DNA of 63,923 nucleotides, the filler included, from Folioceros fuciformis (taxonomy: Eukaryota), in assembly GCA_049999805.1 (NCBI GenBank). It is 18 parts of 18 records of this genome, joined end to end, with 100 filler letters (N's around TTAATTAATTAA, not from the genome) between each part and the next. Parts side by side here need not be neighbours in the genome. Positions count along the whole stretch, not along the records: positions 1 to 7,821 come from JBNGIO010002364.1; positions 7,922 to 14,106 come from JBNGIO010002365.1; 16 more parts are not named here. The stretch is one strand, 5' to 3'. A program made the position numbers and the translations under genes. The number at the start of each line of letters is the position of its first letter. The first letter of the stretch is position 1. Below, piece by piece: positions 1-11,254 of the stretch. The notes below the pieces were generated by a model. That model was not told the DNA's origin. It was given only the letters and a program-made list of their open reading frames with translations, and did not search any database.

Positions 1-162
1 CACGTTGAGCTGAACATCACACTTGTCTGGGGCAAAATGGCAGAGGAAGAGGTCGCTGTCAACCCATCCACACCCGCTAAAGACAAGGAAAACATGCAGG
101 GCCTGGTGGATCAGCTAGAAGGTGTAGCAAAGATGCTCAGCAGGCTAAAGGATGAGGTGTAG
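1..162 (+). CDS. 3' end of a possible antisense ORF downstream of copia pol (truncated by window edge)
   Basis: Frame +1 is open from base 1 to TAG at 160-162: HVELNITLVWGKMAEEEVAVNPSTPAKDKENMQGLVDQLEGVAKMLSRLKDEV*, ending in an amphipathic helix. It converges on the pol stop at 383. Confidence 0.35.
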   Translation, partial: HVELNITLVWGKMAEEEVAVNPSTPAKDKENMQGLVDQLEGVAKMLSRLKDEV

Positions 163-382
163 GGTTGTCCAGTCACAGGCTGTCAGGTGATTTAATCAAT
201 CATGTAAGCTTCATCCACCTGCTCCTGTGCTTTGCAGACTGTGTGTAAGAATTCACGGGAACTGATATCGCCTTTAAATGTGTTATGCTGTGCAGTCACA
301 AGTATCTGGCTGCCAGGGATGGAACATATCTGCAGACACAAAAGAGGCTGCCATCCCCATCAACAACCAAGATAAGAGACTG

Positions 383-3300
383 CTACTTGAAGTAGGCTGA
401 GTAGTCCTTCAGTCCCATGCCTTCCATGTGGTAATAGTGCTTATATTTGGGCAATCCTTTAGTAAGGATATCGGCAGTATTCTCATTTGTCTGTACGTAA
501 CCCAATTTAAGGACACCTCTGTGTACCACGTTGCGGATGTAATGGTGTTGTACCTCGATGTGCTTAGTCCTGGCATGAAATTTCGAACTTTCCACTAACT
601 CTAAGGCTGCGGTGTTATCGCAGAGTACAAGTGTTGGCTTCTCCTGCGGCTGCCCCAAGTCATTGAGGAAGCTGCGTTCCCACTCAGCCTCTTTGGCTGC
701 TTCAGTTAGAGATTTATACTCGGCCTTAGAGGAACTTAGAGCAACAGATGCTTGTTTTTTGCAGCTCCATGTGACAGCTGCTGAGCCCAACAAGTAATAG
801 TATGTAGAAAGACTCCTACGTGCATCCGAGTCTGATGCCCAGTCAGCGTCCATGAAGCCTCGTAAGATAAGTTGTTTCTGGCCTGTGCTCTTATACATAA
901 GTCCATAGGTGTGTGTGCCTTTGAGATAACGAAAGATCCTTTTAACAGCTACCCAGTGAACCCTAGCAGGATTTTCTAGAAATTGCGAAACTGTACTAAC
1001 CGCATACTGTATGTCAGGGCGAGTCCAATTTGCGACGAATATCAAGGATCCAACAGCATGCCTGTAAGGTACATCCTGCATGTCCTTTTTCTCAGCTTGT
1101 GATTGGGGGCACTGATCCCTAATCAGCTTTGTACCAGCAGCAAAGGGAGTGAGCTGGCCTGGCCTCGTCAAGGTTGAACTTTCTGAGTATCTCTTTTATG
1201 TACTTATACTGATGGATAAACAGTAGCCCTTCTTTCCTCACACGAAGCAATTGGATTCCTAGATAGAATTTAAGCTCTCCTATGTCCTTCATGTCAAATT
1301 TACTGCTGAGTTTGGCCTTGACACTTGCTAACAGCGTTTGATCGTTTGTGGCAAATATAACATCGTCCACATAAAGTGCCAAGATGACAACAGACGCTCC
1401 TTGTGTGAGCTTATACACATTGCTGTCAGCAGCATTTTGGACGAAGTTGATGCTAATCAGGTACAAGTGCATCGTTATATACCAAACGCACCCACTTTGT
1501 TTTAAACCGTAGATACATTTGAGAAGTTTTAACACCTTGTTCGGGTGCTGTTTGTCCTCATAGGCCTCAGGCTGCAACATGTACAATTCTTCTTCGAGGG
1601 CACCATACAAGAATGCTGTGCAAACGTCCATTTGCTGTAGGTCCAGATCAAATTCGGCAGCATATGCAAAAAGGATTCTTATGGACTGAGTGCGAACGAC
1701 AGGAGAGAAGGTCTCTTGGTAATCGAGACCTTCAACTTGGGTAAACCCGCGAGCCACGAGCCTTGCTTTGTATCTGGCCACTTGTCCTTGTGCATTAAGC
1801 TTAAGTTTAAAAACCCACTTACAGCTGATTGCCTTTCTTCCAGGTGGGAGGTCTGCAAGTACCCAGGTCTGATTTTTGATGTGGGACTGGTACTCGTCCT
1901 CCACTGCAGCCTTCCACTGTGCACTCTGTGGGCCAGTAAAGGCCTGCTGTAAGGTGGTAGGCTCATCTGGAATTTCAGAGCTAGCAGTAGCCAAGGCAAC
2001 AACTTGCACTAGAGAGGTTTTTCGGAAGTCAATGGATTCATATCGGGGCTCTGCCCATTGGTCAGGAGGTGGCCTATGACGTGTAGAACGTCTAAGCACG
2101 GGCTCGTCATCACGGGATTCCTCAATGTCTTGAGGTGCATGAGGTGTGGGTATGTCCCCCTCATAATCTGGGATGGGGACAGCATCCCCCTCATCAACAG
2201 AGAGATCATTAATCTCAAGTACATCATCCAGGTCAAGCTGCACATTCAGGTTGTTGTCATGATCAGCATTATTGACATCAGGGTGTGGCACATCAAGTGC
2301 AACAGGTGGTTGATCATCGGCAGTAGGAGACTCAGCAGACTCATCTGTAAAATCCTCCACTGGGTCAGCAATTTCAGAGTCCATGTCATCAAGGGGGTAA
2401 GTAGAGGCAGCCCCCTCGTTCTCCAGAACATCCAGGTCTAATTTATCAGTCATATACTGATCTGAATGTTCTGCCGTCTCTTGTGAAGCAGGGGCATGGG
2501 GCTCAAGAAAAGTGACACTTCGAGCTAAGATCATAGATCCAGTTTTGGGGTTGTACAACTTATAGGCCTTAGTCCGTTCGCTGTAGCCGACAAAACGTAG
2601 TCCTTGTGCTCGAGGGTCAAGCTTTCGTCTTTTCTCAACAGATATATAGGCAAATGCCCGTGATCCAAAAACACGAAGATGTAGTAGCGATGGTTTCCTG
2701 CGCCAGAAAACTTCATAAGGTGTCTTGTGAGGGACTGAACTTGTCAGGACCCTATTGAGGATATAGGTGGCTGTTACCACAGCCTCCGCCCAGTAACCTT
2801 GAGGTAAACCAGCCCAAATCAGCATGCTTCTTGTCATCCCAAGCAAAGTCTGATTTTTGCGCTCTGACACACCGTTTTGTTGGGGTGTGTAGGGGACCGT
2901 AAGCTGCCTGAGGATCCCATGCTCCTGAAGTAGGCTGTCGAAAGATGAGTTTATGAACTCCGTGCCATTGTCAGTCCTTAGAGTTTTGACCAGCATTCCA
3001 GATTGCCTTTGTGCAGTTTGAAGCCAGTCCTTGAAAAACTCAAAGGTTTCATTTTTCAGGCGCATAGGAAAGGTCCATGTATACCTGCTGTAGTCGTCTG
3101 TCAATGTGAAAAAATATTGGGATCCACCCAGTGATGGGGAATGGATCTTTCCTGATATGTCAGCATGGACTAACTCAAGCACTTGTGTGGCTCTTTGTGC
3201 AGGTGCATTAGGGAAAGGTGATTCTTTCTGCTTAGCTAATATGCACGACTCGCATAGAGGTAAGTTTTTGAAACATTTGGGCAGGGGTTCTCTATGGCAT

Positions 3301-4841
3301 TCAGTTATAGACATATCTATCAATTTTCGTCTATTCACGTGACCTAATCTCGCATGCCACAAGACTGCTACCTGCTCAAGTCTAAGTGAGGATACACCAG
3401 TGGAATGTACAGCATGCTGACCGGCTGTATGTTGTGAACAGGTTATGTCCAAGCGGTAAAGGGAATTGTCAAGAATCCCCTTAAAGACACATCTACTAGG
3501 AGATGTACTTCTATAGAATAAGCAGTGCTTAGAATCTGCATACATGGTGAAGGTACATAAACGCATGAGCTGACTCATGGACATGAGATTTTTAGCCATG
3601 CTGGGTACGAAGAGAACATCTTCGAGTGTGAGGTCTGTGTTATCTTTCAATTTGAAAACACACGTGCCTCTGCCTTCAATATGCAGACTAGTCCTAGACT
3701 GCTCATCACCAAGGAGAACCTTTTCATGGACATGAACAAGGCTGAGGGAAGTGAACAACTCCCTCTTTTTGCAGATGTGCATGGTAGCCCCGGAGTCGAG
3801 GAACCAGCTCTCATCATCATGTGTCGAACTTGACAAGCATATGGTGAGAATTTTCACTGGTGCCTTTTCGACAGGTTTGTCCTTCACTGCAACACTTGCA
3901 GCAGGTTTAGCCTGCTTCTGGGGCTCACCAGCTTTGCGTTTTCGGCACTCGCGTGCCCAATGGCCAGGTATGCCACACCAATTGCATGTGCCTGGTCGTT
4001 TTGAGCTTGAGGGTTCAGGCCTGTCCTTGGTTTGTGCTGAATTTCCCCCTCTGAATTTGCCCTTTCCTTTGGGGCGAAAATTCATAGCTAATGCCCTTTC
4101 GGCTTTGGATTGTTTGTGTAAGCCTGCCGAAGTCAAGCGGGTTTGCTCCTCTTGGTAGAGGGCTCCGATTACGTCTTCCATGGTGATGGCTGCAGCCTGT
4201 GTCCCTCTTGCAGCAGCTGCTGCAACAGGGCCATTCTGGTAACTGGTGACAAAAGATTGGTAAGAGGGTGGCAGGCTCGTGAGCAGCTGGGAGACAGCCT
4301 CAGACTCCGTCATCTGTGTTTTCGTGATGGACTGAATCTGAGCTCGAAGATGACGAAATTTGCTGGTATGTGCAGCCATTTTGTCACCTTCTTTCATCCG
4401 CAATGTGTAGAACTCCATACGGACAGCGGACAATGTTGCCATTGTGGTTGTGTGGTAGGTCTTTTCAAGCTGATTCCAAATTTCTTCAGCCAATGTGAGG
4501 AATTCAACGTTGGGAATCAAAATTGCATCAAGCCCATTAACAATGACTGCCATAGCCACTCCATTATTATGCTCCCACTTAGCATACTCATCAGGTTTGG
4601 CTACTGGGTCAGGTTTCTTAAAAGTACCATCGACACTCGACCAGACACCACGTGCTGTGAGGATGGTTTTCATCCGTACTCGCCAGATAGAGTAACCAGT
4701 ACCTCTAAACCTATCCTTGTCCTTGACATCTGAACTAAAGGAAACTGACTGTTGTGTTGCCATGTTTCTGATAGGTGCAGGCTGCAAACTAAGGTTGCTA
4801 AAGCTATTGATTAGCGCATTCAGCTGTGAGGTTGTGGTCAT
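383..4841 (-). CDS. Gag-Pol polyprotein with one frameshift near 1150
   Basis: Zn knuckle CNWCGIPGHWAREC, protease WFLDSGA, integrase WHARLGH/CESC/LVHAD/RTDNGTE/QQNGVSER, RT YKARLVARGF/QMDVCTAF/LYVDD, RNase H DADWA/CDN/RTKHIE. ORFs 1119..4877 and 383..1171 join at EARPA/TPFAAG. First ATG at 4841. Confidence 0.95.
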
Positions 4842-5187
4842 AAGGCACCTATGAGCATCAAAAGCTATGGTTTTCAAAAAAATGCTGGACCCTGCTCATG
4901 CTGAGCTCCTCAGCATACCACTCATGTTTGCCGTGAACAGACTTATGAAACCCTAAAAAATTAAAAAATGTTTCATGTTCAAAAGGCATGGACAACGCTT
5001 CATGTTCACAAACCCTAACTGCCCTTAATTGCCGTGTCATGGTGGTGTGAAATGACAGGTTAGCTGCACCAATCAAAAGAGCTACATGCGAGAATCTGCA
5101 GGGGATGCAAGGAAAGAGGCACCGCTTCAAATCTGGGCAGGGTTGGACCCTGCCACTCTCGCTCCGCTCCTGGGCAGCGGAAGTAGG

Positions 5188-5895
5188 TCATAAGGTGATG
5201 CAATCAGGCCCTGAATGGGGGCATCCTGATTCAAGATCCTTCAACTTTGTATTCATCTGCTTCAGGAAATCAGCTACATCATCGATGTCTCTCTCAATTT
5301 CCAGCGTACAGTTAGAAATTTCTCTCTCTTTTGCAGAATCCTGACTCGGAACTCTGCTCTTGAGCAACTCCTGGTTTTCAATGGTGTGTAGCAACAGTTG
5401 TTCTACTCTGGCAAGGAGATCCTCTTTGCATGCATCAGCAAATTGCCTCCTTGGTCCAGTACAATTGCCACAACTGCTGGTATTCACAGATTGTGCTGCA
5501 AAACGTTGCACCCCAGTAGGTATAGCCTCCCGTCTATGATTTGTGTGGTCAAGGTGAGGCCTAAAAAGGAAATCTGGTGGAGCAGATGCTTCTGGCCTTG
5601 GGACAAAGAATAGATCGGGGTTTTGTCCTCTCCTAAAACAGCGTTGTCGATAAAGGCGATCAACCTCTCGATTCCTGTTTAAGGGATGCGTTCGTGATGC
5701 TCCGGGCCTACTGTTAAGTGCAGCAAATCGTTGCAGCCAAAGGGCAGGGTAGTCGTATTCGTGGAGGTCCAGCGCCGAGTCAAGATCAACTTGTAGTGGC
5801 GCTATACGTCTTGGTGGGTTGGTATCTTGTCGTCGACGTTGTCTAGGAAACCCACCACGACGCGAACCTCTATGCGAGCCACCCTGCCTCGGCAT
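5188..5895 (-). CDS. Extra 5' ORF (ORF0) of copia element 1, 235 aa, unknown function
   Basis: Uninterrupted ATG-to-stop ORF starting about 30 nt after the PBS, same strand as gag-pol. Arg/Gly-rich N-terminus, CGNC, heptad-rich C-terminus. Confidence 0.7.
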   Translation of the reverse strand: MPRQGGSHRGSRRGGFPRQRRRQDTNPPRRIAPLQVDLDSALDLHEYDYPALWLQRFAALNSRPGASRTHPLNRNREVDRLYRQRCFRRGQNPDLFFVPRPEASAPPDFLFRPHLDHTNHRREAIPTGVQRFAAQSVNTSSCGNCTGPRRQFADACKEDLLARVEQLLLHTIENQELLKSRVPSQDSAKEREISNCTLEIERDIDDVADFLKQMNTKLKDLESGCPHSGPDCITL

Positions 5896-5925
5896 CTTCC
5901 AGGAATTGTGTTAGGAGACAGAGCA

Positions 5926-5939
5926 TGGCTCTGATACCA
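5926..5939 (-). promoter_or_regulatory. Primer binding site for tRNA-iMet 3' end
   Basis: Minus strand TGGTATCAGAGCCA, 2 nt after the LTR end. Confidence 0.95.
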
Positions 5940-5941
5940 TA

Positions 5942-6112
5942 TGTAAGATGAGCGTGAGCGAGAATTGGAATAATAATAATAATAATCCATAATGGCAATA
6001 CAAAAATGTTTAAATACTTTCTAGATGTCCTTTCACTAGACAACCCCTAATTATATATAAACTATATATATATCCCTAACCGTGGGTTAAGTTTAACCAT
6101 TCTGCGCTAACA
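5942..6112 (-). repeat. 5' LTR of element 1 (about 171 bp)
   Basis: Minus strand TGTTAG...CTTACA, AT-rich with TATA-like tracts, abuts the PBS. The outer boundary coincides with resumption of the pogo transposase frame. Confidence 0.75.
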
Positions 6113-6719
6113 AAGCTTAGCATTATTAACATCTAAGGATATGACAGGAATTGCTGATGTTGGATATCCAACAATGACATCTGAAGAGTATCTAAACTTT
6201 GAGGAGGATGAAGGATTGGAGACTACGTATATTCCTATAGAGGACGAAATATGGCAAGCATTAATCCCTCCGCGTGTCAATGAGGAGGGTGAGGAAAATG
6301 ATACAGCGTCAGTGGAGACCATAGCGCCAAGATTGCGTATGACAAAGGATGCTGTAGATAATGCTATGAGGATAGCGAAAATGTTTTTGGAAGAGATGCC
6401 ATATAATGCTTTGAAGTTGCATTCTCCGTTGGAAAAACATATTGCTAGTCATTGGATGAAAGCAACTTGTCATCAATCAAGGATTGATGATTATTTTAAC
6501 CCGACAACTAGAATTAGGTTGGCAGCTATGTAGTATGAGAGAGCATTTTGTATTTTTTGGAAACTTTTAAGCTCTTTCGAATTTTTGATTAAAAGGATTT
6601 TATTTTATTTTTTTAATATTTTTATTTTCACAAAAAGATGAAAATGCCTAAACAGGAACCCCTCTAGATGGGAGGATTTTTGCTACTCCCAATTGTTCCC
6701 AATTAGAGGAGTTTGACTG
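6113..6719 (+). mobile_element. Right end of a pogo/Tigger-like DNA transposon (transposase C-terminus plus TIR), interrupted by copia element 1
   Basis: Acidic C-terminal ORF ending QSRIDDYF (PIP-box-like, typical of pogo transposases), stop at 6533. Terminus reads CAGTCAAACTCCTCTAATT on the minus strand, flanked by TA (6720-6721). Confidence 0.75.
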
Positions 6720-7821
6720 TAGATTGTTCTCGCGAGTGCCTTGTCATGCCATTAGCTCCCCACTACTGGTCGAGATGGGGTGAGATGGGTTGTCCTCTTC
6801 AAGTCAAGTAGGCTAACTTTGCGGGGAAGGCAAGGCAAGGGAGCATTCAAGATGTACCTATTATATTATCTAAGTGGCATTCCATATATATGAGTGTCAT
6901 GAACTAGCCATGAATTACATCCCTTCTCTCTCTTCAATAAAAATGCACACTACCCTTAGTCGTTTGCTGCAACACCTCAACCATTGGCTTTTGCGGATGG
7001 GTAGCTAGCCATGGCTTCTTTCTCTTTAAAGAGTCTCCACCCTATACATCATTGACAACCGTGGCACACTCACCTTTTCTTGTATGCTACATTTGAACTT
7101 GGAGAAGAAATATACATGATCTTTTAGCAAAGAAAATCAACATTTGTCACTCTTCTTTCAATATATTTTACAAGCTTTGATAAGAAACATGTGCAAACTT
7201 CAAATGTTGTGTGCTCAATAACCCACTTGGTAGGTCTTGCATCGTATTCTATCTTAGACAAACCTAGGCAATTGCACTCGCAATGTGTATCTCATATGGC
7301 ATACTAAAGAGAATAGAGGGACATGATGGAGTCTATAGGAATGCTGTAGCTTATGTGGGTAATATGTCTGATAGGAGCTGATATATTGATGGATGGAGTT
7401 CCAACGCATTTGTCTTTTATCTCAACTGCCTGTAATTTTTATAAGAGAAATTACATATGGCTATTGCATCAATGGTAAAGTTCACAACAATATGCTTACT
7501 GCGATTACCGTCCTCAAAACCATTTTCATTAAAATCATTTCTTAATGCTCTTAATCGCCAACTGGGACTTCCCTCGCAATAAGGAAGTGTACAGTCATCA
7601 ACTTCAATTTTAGGCACATCTATATAACATGGTTGTGTTAATACAATAATTATACAACATGAGGTTCCTTACAATAACTTGACTTACCTCCATGCAAGGG
7701 CCTCTTGGCCATAATGATGGTATTAAGTGAAGCTACCGAAGGTTGCCTCCTCTTATTTTTTCTTTTAATCAAGCTTCTTAAGAGTTTCTTCCGGTGTTTT
7801 CCATATGACTGAGCATTTTTC

Positions 7822-7921
7822 NNNNNNNNNNNNNNNNNNNNNNNNNNNNNNNNNNNNNNNNNNNNTTAATTAATTAANNNNNNNNNNNNNNNNNNNNNNN
7901 NNNNNNNNNNNNNNNNNNNNN
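7822..7921. other. Artificial contig spacer (first of 17)
   Basis: N44-TTAATTAATTAA-N44 six-frame stop linker. Others start at 14107, 18295, 24193, 27799, 29341, 31463, 33740, 38611, 41636, 44424, 46696, 49853, 54150, 57015, 59745, 62753. Confidence 0.99.
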
Positions 7922-9343
7922 ATGTAGATCATGAGATGATTACCTTAACATTAGGTGATTCGTGTTGCTCAAGTTGGATGCGACAGCCTTTTGAATTGAA
8001 CACAATCTCATTTCTTGGGTCAGTAATTCTAGCTATAGAAAGAAGATTTTTGGCAAGACTAAGTACAAGGTGTACATCCTTTATAGTATCTTTGGACTCT
8101 TCACCAGGTAGTTTTACCTTCATGACATCTTTCCCTTTGATCTCGTGTGATGTGTTGTTACCAAGTATCACCTTATGCCCTGTCGACATTTCTTTGTAGT
8201 TTGAGATCTAAGGTTGGTTGTAGGTAAACTGTTGAGATGCTCCAAAGTCTAGGTATAGACTCTCATTCTCCCTTGATGAGCGATCTCTAACTGCTTTTAT
8301 TGTTGAAGCAGAAAAAAGTTTTTCTTCCCACTCACTTGCTTGATTGGCTTGTGATTGTTTTCCCTTAATCAAGTTAGTCAATCTTGTCCTAGAGTCTTTT
8401 GCAGAGTGGTTAGGTTTCTTATAATAATGGCAAGTACCCCATGTCTTATTTTCTTTGCAACTTTCTCCTTCGATCCTTCACTAGAGTTGTCATGTGGGGT
8501 CTTCCCTTGTGACTTTCCTTTCCTTGAAAAAAGTACCGAGTCACCTTTATGTTCATTCTTGAATGAATTCACCAGTTCCTCTTGAAGAAGCAACTCAACC
8601 ACCTCTTCGATCGTCGCTTGTTTATCACTTGAATGCATCGTTGTCGATATCCTGAAAGACAACACAAATTGCGTGTACGCAGATGGTAAATTATTAAATA
8701 ACACCACAATAATCTTTCCTTCGAAAGGTTTGATGTTTGCAGCTTGCATTTTATCAACCAAGTTCTTCAACTTGTTGACATGTTGTTGAATCGTATCCTC
8801 TTTAACCACCTTGAAGTTGGGCAGTTGTTGCTCCAACAACATCTCACTCAACATACTTCTTTTTTCATACATACGATAAAGGGTAGTCCATGCCTTTTTT
8901 GTTGTTGCACACTCACTTAATTGAGAGAGTATGTCATCAAACATATTAAGAAAGATTGTGGCTAATGTTCGTCCATCCTTATCAAAGTTTGGTGGGTGTG
9001 TCTTCGAGGCCCTTGTCGACGAATTTCCATACTCCCCTCTCAACAAAAAGCATCTTCATCTTCAACTTCCTTAGTGTGAAGGTCGTGCCTCCAAGCTTCT
9101 CCACCGAGCTTGTCTCTATAAAACGTGTCTCCATGTTTGTTGATGCCATCTATTTTATCCTCTCGAATTTCAACATATTATTATCTTAGACACTATCTAT
9201 TCTATAGTAATAACATTACCTAAATTAGAAGCAAAATGTTTTTACCATTCTTTGATATGATGCAGATATGATATAAATATTTAACTATTAATTTAGAACC
9301 ATTGCTCTTTTGATGTGTTGTCATAAACCACTCATTTCTAACA
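7922..9343 (-). mobile_element. Degenerate copia 5' part (LTR about 9184-9343, gag, protease)
   Basis: Gag-like AWTTLYRMYE...IQQHVNKL...LPSAY, protease-region LAKNLLSI, with stops and frameshifts. LTR-like TGTTAGA...TCTAAGA. Confidence 0.75.
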
Positions 9344-9787
9344 GTGACAGCGTCCACAGGCCCTGCCCTAGTGAAGAAAGCCTGAAACCGCGCCACGTCC
9401 ATCGTCTGCACTCCACCGACTCGCGTCCCTGATGTGATGCGCCTCTAGCTGCACCACTCCTAAATCCATCGCGTACATTAACACCAAATTCCATCACACG
9501 CTAACGACTCAGCCAGCAAACGCAGCGCATTATGATCCTGATCATCCTCTTCCGCCATCACGAGCCTCCCAATTCTTAGCCAGCTTCCGCACTTCGGTTT
9601 CAAGCGAGCCCGGCGCATGCTCCTTCCTCCTGTTCGCGAAATACGCCTCGATCACCATGACGTAATCCGGCAGCCCGAACCTCCATGCCGTGTGCCCCTC
9701 CGGTTCGTAGTCCTGGATGGTCTCCTCCGGCCTGCCCTTCCTCTCCCGGCTCAGGCTCCCCACGGGGCCCTCCTGCTACAGCGCCAT
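9344..9787 (-). pseudogene. Pathogen-related protein (PRP) family pseudogene
   Basis: WRFGLPDY...HAPGSLETEVRKLAKNWE, then a second exon LEAHHIRDASRW/QTMDVARF, resembling the PRP N-terminus. TAG at codon 4, a frameshift, and truncation by the copia LTR at 9343. Confidence 0.7.
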
Positions 9788-10228
9788 GGAACTCCCTCCG
9801 ATCGTGAGCTCAGAACCAGGATCCCGCTCCAATCCAGAAGCGAAAGACCCTCTTCACCTAGAAGACGGAAACCGAGCGCCGGGGCTCCGGGAATGCAGGC
9901 TGAGCCTTCTACACATCGCTTGTAGGTGTAGGTACACAGAGACCACCGCCCGAACCGCATAGCATGGGCCATGTCATGGCAAGGTTGTACCTGGACTAGC
10001 TCAAGACAACATCGTCGATTCGACGCTGGTTCAAGCAAATAAAAATCGGCATTGGGACCGAGAAGGTACATAATTCACAGCCGAGATGAGATATCATCAT
10101 GCCGCTCAGTTCCTTGACGAGGAGTTGCCAGGGGGCGGTGGAAATATCTCTACGATACGGGATATTTCTAAGGTAATGGGCTGGGTGCGTAAATGTGATT
10201 GGGAGGTAACCCTATTAGGTGGTGAGAA

Positions 10229-11218
10229 ATGTGTGAAGCTGTGACGACGCTGGACAAAGCTGGGAAACCTTGGCGGCTGGCGCGACAGTCTCTCCGCATG
10301 GATGCCGTGTTGAAACCGGCCGTGCTCTGCGTGCCGAGCGCGGAGCTATGGCGGAAATGTGTGAAGAGCTGCGTCGCCGTGTCGCACCATTCTGCGCAGG
10401 CGGCGAAGCAGGGCTCGAGGTGGCTGCCCGTTGAGAAGGGCAGCTGCGTGGTGAGGCGGGGAGGATTGCTGCTGGGGAGAGTGCAGAATTACTCCACGGC
10501 GGAGGCGGCGCTGGACACCGGGAACACGGGTAGGTTTTGCAGCTGGCCGCGCTAGGTTTTGCTTCACGCTGGTGGATTTGCGTTCCTTGCATGGTGGGAT
10601 ACAGCCGCACCATGAATGTTTGTGTTTTGCAGATGTGGAGAGTCCGAAGCTAGGGCAGGAGCCGGGTCAGGTGAAGCCTCCTGGTATGTGTGGTTTTGTG
10701 TGGTGACGTGTCTGTGCCGAGGTTGGACAATGTGATTTAGGGGTTCCTGGATTGCAGAGAGCAAGGCGGAGAGCCTGTGGAGGGTGTTTTTCAATGATCC
10801 GAGTCGGTGGTGGGACGATAGGAGTAAGAAGGTCTGTGTCTCGTGAAACCCTGGGCTGGGAGTGGTGAGAGATTCGTTGGTTTGGATGATGTTTTGGTTT
10901 GCTGAGAGCACGGAGGTGTTTGTTGTTGTGCCTTGCAGCGGTCACCGCAGGATCCGGATTTCCAGAAGAAGGGGACGAAGGAGCCGCTGTGGATTGACCA
11001 TCCCTCGACGCCGGCTTGGGTGAAGGGGGAGTTGGAGGCTTTGCAACAGAAAAGGGAACAGGAAAGGAGACCGCCAGGGCGTTATGGTGGAGGAGGGCCT
11101 GGTGGACCGCCGGGAACCGGGAACGTCTTGGGAAGAAACTTGATAGGCAATGGGAATATCTTGGGGAGGAACATGGGTGGGGTAGATAGAGAGAAACTTT
11201 TTGGGAAGAACTTTGCGG

Positions 11219-11254
<36 letters not shown>

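Larger units (their letters stand above)
1..6112 (-). mobile_element. Ty1/copia LTR retrotransposon (element 1), near-intact, 3' end outside window
   Basis: Order is 5' LTR, iMet PBS, extra ORF, then gag-PR-INT-RT-RNaseH, i.e. copia order with integrase before RT. Confidence 0.95.

Noticed and set aside
1119-1171. Programmed frameshift in pol of element 1
   Set aside because: The related copy near 15460-15500 reads EAKPALTPLEAG in one frame, so this is a small deletion or sequence error.
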